DNA from: Pristiophorus japonicus
Lineage: Eukaryota
Direction: 5' to 3'
Assembly: GCF_044704955.1 (NCBI RefSeq)
Contig: NC_091997.1
Span: forward strand, 60,140,001-60,204,000
Length of the DNA: 64,000 nt
Shown: positions 58,980 through 64,000 of the stretch, piece after piece
Position numbering within the stretch: position 1 is the first letter of the stretch
Layout: each line of letters begins with the position of its first letter
Program-made: the position numbers and the translations under genes
The notes under the pieces: model-generated
Database searches by the model: none
Seen by the model: only the letters and a program-made list of their open reading frames with translations
What the model was told of the DNA's origin: nothing

Positions 58980-61050
58980 CCTCACAGAACCTCGTTCCTG
59001 GAGGCATGTGATTTTTGTCCCTCTGACGTTCTCAATCCTTCCTTCAGTTGTGTCTTGCATCCACAGTGGCAGTGTTGTCGCTCAAGGGCCGTTCCTCATT
59101 CTCTCACCAGCACACCTGTGACATTGGCCGGAGTTTTCCAATGCTCCACCAGCATGTTGTACTTGATATCTTTAAAGAGTGTCACCGTTTTCATCCATGC
59201 AGGAGATTGGAAAGACAACCACCTTATAAACCTTCAGGAGTGCCAGCCCTGACTCTGTGTTAATTCCAAACACACTTGGACAGTTTACCAGAGGTCAGGT
59301 TTACGCGATGAATATAAGCCATCACTTCCTTATCGATCTTTGAATCATGAGATAGAACACATCATAGAATATAGATGAACTGCTTGAATATATTCCGTTG
59401 AGTTTTGCTAATAGTGGTCGATGATATGACATGTGGTGTCCCAAGAGCCTGTTGATTCATTGCTTCACACTAATAGCAATCCCGCTGTTAAAGGCAGAAG
59501 CTGAAAATCAATCCAGCATCATCTGACAGTCTTCAGAATGTGCCACAAGAGTGCGGTCATCAGCATTCACAAGTTCTTGTATAATTTGTTCACAGACTTA
59601 TCGATGCTTTCAGTTTTGACAGATGGAACTGATTCTAAGATATTAAGGATGCGGTAACAGGGCACTTGGAAAATCTTATTGACTGGCGGAGCAGGCTGGA
59701 GGTGCCATACTCCTCCTCCTATTTCTCATGTTCTTATTCCCCGTTGTGTGGATTTGTGCCCCATCTCCGATCTGCATCACCCAGCGGAGCCACATAAAGA
59801 ACGAGCATTGAGGAAGCCCGGAACACCGCTGTGGTCCACACCATTCCAAACAACGACTGGTTTGGACAGAGTTCTGGCAATACGCTCCACTACTCGTCCC
59901 ACCATGTTGCTGGTTCAGTCCAACTCCAAAGTCTGGGCAGAATAATGGTGTCGAAAGCTTTGGTTAAGTTGCTAAATGGCATAAACAAGTCCTGATTTGC
60001 TCTCTACACTTCTTCTGAATTTGGAAAGAAACGAAGTTCAAAGGATTTTATACGTTTCAATGAGATCACCTCTCATTCTAAACTCCAGAGAATATAAGCT
60101 CAGTCTACTCAATCTCTCCTCATAGGGCAGCCCTCAAGCCGCATTGTGATTCACCATGAGTCTTGTCCACTATATTCAGGAACAGGACATCAAGAATTGC
60201 ACTCAGAATCTTGCCAGCTTTAGGCAGAAGTGAGATGCCGTGCTAGTTTTCACAGCCTGACTTATCCTTGCTTGCACAGGTGCACAGGGCATCAGCTGTG
60301 GCTCAGTGGGTAGCACTCTCGCCTCCAAGTCAGAAGATTTTGGGTTCACGTCCCACTCCAGGGACTTGAGCATATAATTTAAGATGACACTCCAGTGTTG
60401 TGCTGAGCAAAATGCTGCATTGTCGGAGGTGCGGAGATGAGGCATTAAACTGAGGCCCTGTCTGCTCTCTCAGGTGGATGTAAAAGATCCCACGGCACTG
60501 TTTCGAAGAAAGGCCTGGAGTCAATATTTATCCCTCAACCAACATTACTAAAATAGATTATCAGGTCATTATCACGTCGCTGTTTGTGGGAGCTTGCTGT
60601 GTGCACATTGGCTGTCGTGTTTCCTGGTTTATAACAGTGACTACACTTCAAAGGGTACTTCATTGGCTGTAAAGCACTTTTGGACGTCTGGTGGTTGTGA
60701 AAGGCGCTGATTTAATTCAAGTTCTTTCTTTGTACATCTGATTTTGTGAATCTCTCCAGGAATGCCATCAGGTCCTGATGCTTTATCGTTCTTCATAGAT
60801 CTTGCGGTAGCTTCTATTACCCAGCGGTCAGTGGAGTATCCGAGATGTCAACATTGGTCGCGTCCTCAGCAATAGTTGACACAGTGTTGACCAATCAATC
60901 AACGTGCTGCACTGATTCTTAATCCAATAACAGTGCTCCAATGATTTTGCACCATCACATTGTGACGTAAGCCAAAAACAGCCTTCAGTTCTATGTAGAA
61001 TACATGGTCCCTGCAACTCTGCTGCAAGACTACTGTGCCATTTCAATATG
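58980..61050 (-). mobile_element. Old RTE-clade LINE, heavily decayed and interrupted
   Basis: Minus-strand MKNDKASGPDGIPGE (60745-60797), KCREQ...NLTKAFD (59950-60012), LKVYKVVV (59215-59238). Confidence 0.7.
60287..60730 (+). mobile_element. tRNA-derived Deu-domain-like SINE, second full copy
   Basis: A box 60299-60310, B box 60343-60353; collinear with 20431-20893. Confidence 0.85.
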
Positions 61051-61282
61051 CACACCCATATTTGGGCAGATGTATTCAACACCCTGCAAATGTCCAGAAA
61101 TGGCAGCTCCCTGTGTCATTTCCTCTCTGGCCACACCAGATCTGTCGGAGATTGGGAGAACAGTGAATGGAAGGTGACCCCACACCAATTAGCGAATCAC
61201 TGAGAGCAAAGGAGTAGATCAAATGGAACTGGTTAAAGACCAGTGTGGAAATATACTCAGCAACCTACCAAAGGCCAAGAGA

Positions 61283-61702
61283 AGAACATAAGAAATAAGA
61301 ACAGGAGTAGGCCATACGGCCCCTCGAGCCTGCTCCGCCATTCAATAAGATCATGGCTGATCATCGACCTCAACTCTACTTTCCTGCCCAATCCTCATAT
61401 CCCTTGATTCCCCCAGAGTACAAAAATCTAGCGACCTCAGCCTTGGATATACTCAACGACTGAGCATCTACAGCTCTCTGGGGTAGAGAATTCCAAAGAT
61501 TCACAACCCTCTGTGAAGAAATTCCTCCTCATCTCAGTTTTAAATGGCCGACCCCTTACCCTGTGACTCTGACCCCTTAGTTCCAGATAGTAAAGCCCGG
61601 GGAAACATCCTCTCAGCATCTACCCTGTCAATCCCCCTCACAATCTTATATGTTTCAAAGAGATCACCTTTCATTCTTCTAAACTTCAGAGTGTATAGGC
61701 CC
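61283..61702 (-). mobile_element. CR1 3' end
   Basis: FRRMKGDLFETYKI, FKTEMRRNFFT; tail aagaacataagaa. Confidence 0.88.
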
Positions 61703-62196
61703 ATTGTGACATTATATAGCATTATGCCAGAGTACTGCGATATTTACCAAGATAGTAGACATGAGATTCATAATCCAGGTCAGTGAGTGGCCGGGGAAAG
61801 TGAACCCAGGGAGCTACAACTGTAGCACTTCTGTAAAACCTGGGTGTTTATGTAAACAGGTGGGTGTAAATGTAAAATGGTGGGTCTAAATGTAAAATCA
61901 CGGGTGTATATTTGCAGCGTTCCTGTATAAAGCTGTTGGGGAAATATCTTGAAAATCTTTTAAAAATTGCAATCCTTTTAATATAATCTTTTAATGCATT
62001 TTTTGAAAATTCATGGTTTCTAAATTTTAATGCACAGTACAATGTATAACCTGTGGCAGTGAATGTGAGATAATTTGAAGGAGCAAAGCTGGAGTTGAGT
62101 GCGAGTGGTGATGCAGGAGCTGCGGATGTGCAATGGGACCACACTTGCTTGTTGTGGTTTCCCGCGATGAGGCTGTCAGCTGGGGAGTGTGCAGTG

Positions 62197-62500
62197 GGAT
62201 CGGGTGGTGTGGAGGGATCGGGTGTGGAGGGATCGGGTGGTGTGGAGGGATCGGGTGGTGTGGAGGGATCGTGTGCGGAGGGATCGGGTGATGTGGAGGG
62301 ATCGGGTGGTGCGGAGGGATCGGGTGATGTGGAGGGATCGGGTGGTGCGGAGGGATCGGGTGGTGTGGAGGGATCGGGTGTGGAGGGATCGTGTGCGGAG
62401 GGATCGGGTGGTGTGGAGGAATCAGGTGGCGTGGAGGGATCGGGTGTGGAGGGATCGGTGGTGTGGAGGAATCGGGTGGTGTGGAGGGATCGGGTGGTGT
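62197..62500. repeat. Minisatellite, 18-bp unit (ggatcgggtggtgtggag) with 15-bp variants
   Basis: Direct periodicity. Confidence 0.95.
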
Positions 62501-63085
62501 GATGAATCAGGCAATCAGGGACATGTTCATGGCAAATGTGTCTCCTGATTATATCTACCAGCCTCTGGTACCCAACACTTCTGTAAGCCAAGAGTTTAGC
62601 GTTCATTGTAAATTCAAGCACATGCAGTTTCTGGTTCCATCTTGTTCCATGCAGGCTGTTTGGACCTGACGACTGCATTTAGTCATAAATGCAACATAAC
62701 AGGTGCAAAGAATGAATCCCCTCTTTTGGGAGCAGACTGTCAGTTAAATTAGTCACAAATTGAAAGTGACAATTGAAGCTGCTACAATGGCCCCCTGGGA
62801 GGTGTTTGCCTGATCACCATCGGTGAATGCAAAGAGCGCCTGCAGCCACTGAGCTATCAATCACAAACACACTGTCTGGCCAAGCTCCTTCACACAACAT
62901 GCTCACAATCCTTCGCTTCAACCTGATTGCCAGGGCCTGTTTGTGTTTCCATTTTCAGTAGGAGCTTTTACCTGCAGGGTTTGTGGATATTACACCTCAA
63001 TGCATTGTTCCTGCAAGGTTTGCCGGACCGGTACAAGTAGATGCTACACACTACTTGTTAAACTTGGATTATAGTTCAATCTTTC

Positions 63086-63240
63086 TGTTACGTATGCAAT
63101 AAAGGTACAAACTGAGTACTGTCTAACTGAACAAGGTACAACTTGTTTCTGCCTTATTACGGCCCAAAGTGCCTGACTCTCAAAATGGCTGGCCTTTTAT
63201 ACCAGAGCAGCACCATGCTGCTCAGTGGCCTCCAACAATG
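63086..63240 (-). mobile_element. Solo LTR-like fragment
   Basis: Layout ttatt...agtgcct...gccttttatac parallels the Gypsy LTR at 7190-7250. Confidence 0.45.
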
Positions 63241-63464
63241 AAGTCCATGGGTGAGTCAGCTGATCTTGGCTGGGGGCAGCAACTGTACTGTTCTAAATGG
63301 TGTCGGGGTTGTGGTGAGGAGCAGGGGAGTGGGGGGAAACAATATCTTCCTGATCACTATCGAGTGATCCCTGCAGGAAAAATGCAGGTTAGGTGATTGT
63401 TGGGCAAGGATCGATCAGGCTTGGATGTGTTGGGCTCGATATCAGAGGGGAATTGTGTGAACAC

Positions 63465-63890
63465 CATCATCATCATAGGCAGTCCCTCAAAACGAGGATG
63501 ACTTGCTTCCACGGCAAAAAAAAGGTTGAGTTCACAGGTGTTTCGAATGAAGAACCCGAACTACATCCTCAAGGGTGGAAGATGCCTGTGGGTGGATTTT
63601 TTTAACGTGTGGTGGCCGTTGCACACCAGCCACCACACGGGCTTGACAGAGCTAGGCCTTGGTCCAGTGGCAAGGGCTAACCAGGACGACTGGAGACCAG
63701 CTGTGCTGCACGGACCTGGTGTGCCCACATATCGCAGTGTGGGCTGGGCCCGTGCTACCCCATGGCCCCTGGCCCTGAACTCACGCCTCCCCTGGGCCCC
63801 GATCACATCCCTCTACAGTCTCTCGCCGCTCCTGCTGTACCTGCCCACGCTCCAATCACAGACCTGGACCTTGCTGACATCACTCTTGTG
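63465..63890 (-). mobile_element. Non-coding element carrying the RTE 3' tail (RTE-dependent SINE or deletion derivative)
   Basis: cataggcagtccctcaaaa-cgaggatgacttgcttcca matches the RTE end at 22465-22503. The body is unrelated to the RTE ORF. Confidence 0.75.
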
Positions 63891-63904
63891 GACATCATTG
63901 CCAA

Positions 63905-64000
63905 CAGCAACAACCTGTATTTATATAGCGCCTTTAACATAGCGAAACATCCTAAGGTGCTTCACAGGAGTATTATGAGATTAAAAATTTGACACCGAGC
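63905..64000 (-). mobile_element. L2 3' end, runs off the window
   Basis: Matches 100-193. Confidence 0.75.

Noticed and set aside
63250-63440. Possible old SINE remnant
   Set aside because: Resembles a repeat, but there is no second copy or diagnostic box in the window to support the call.

Overview
Eukaryotic, repeat-saturated genomic DNA. The element mix (several CR1 LINE families with esterase ORF1, L2, RTE, tRNA/Deu-domain SINEs, Gypsy LTR, hAT and PIF/Harbinger transposons and MITEs) points to a vertebrate, most likely a cartilaginous fish (inference, no search run). I found no convincing host protein-coding exon. Every long ORF is either transposon-derived (RT, endonuclease, SGNH esterase, gag/protease, HARBI1-like or hAT transposase) or a stop-free reading of a tandem repeat. 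Main blocks: a decayed CR1 carrying a nested MITE and a truncated Gypsy (2.2-7.6 kb); a promoter-like island (8.7-9.3 kb) whose ~150-bp forkhead + RFX X-box module is duplicated at 20.3 kb; a minus-strand CR1 with a long structured 3' UTR (9.3-12.3 kb); a hAT fossil with a nested MITE (12.6-15.2 kb); 28/29-bp and 35-bp minisatellites; an L2/RTE/Harbinger nest (25.5-31.3 kb); a ~14.9-kb 15-bp satellite with multi-level higher-order repeats (31.6-46.4 kb); a near full-length CR1 with a monomer-type promoter (47.3-51.6 kb); and a second Harbinger plus RTE, SINE and LINE debris. Boundaries of decayed elements were read by eye and are approximate. I cannot support a wholly new biological system. 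The best leads are the duplicated FOX/RFX module, the CR1 3' UTR with intron-like signals, and a MITE family that appears to seed G-rich tandem repeats.
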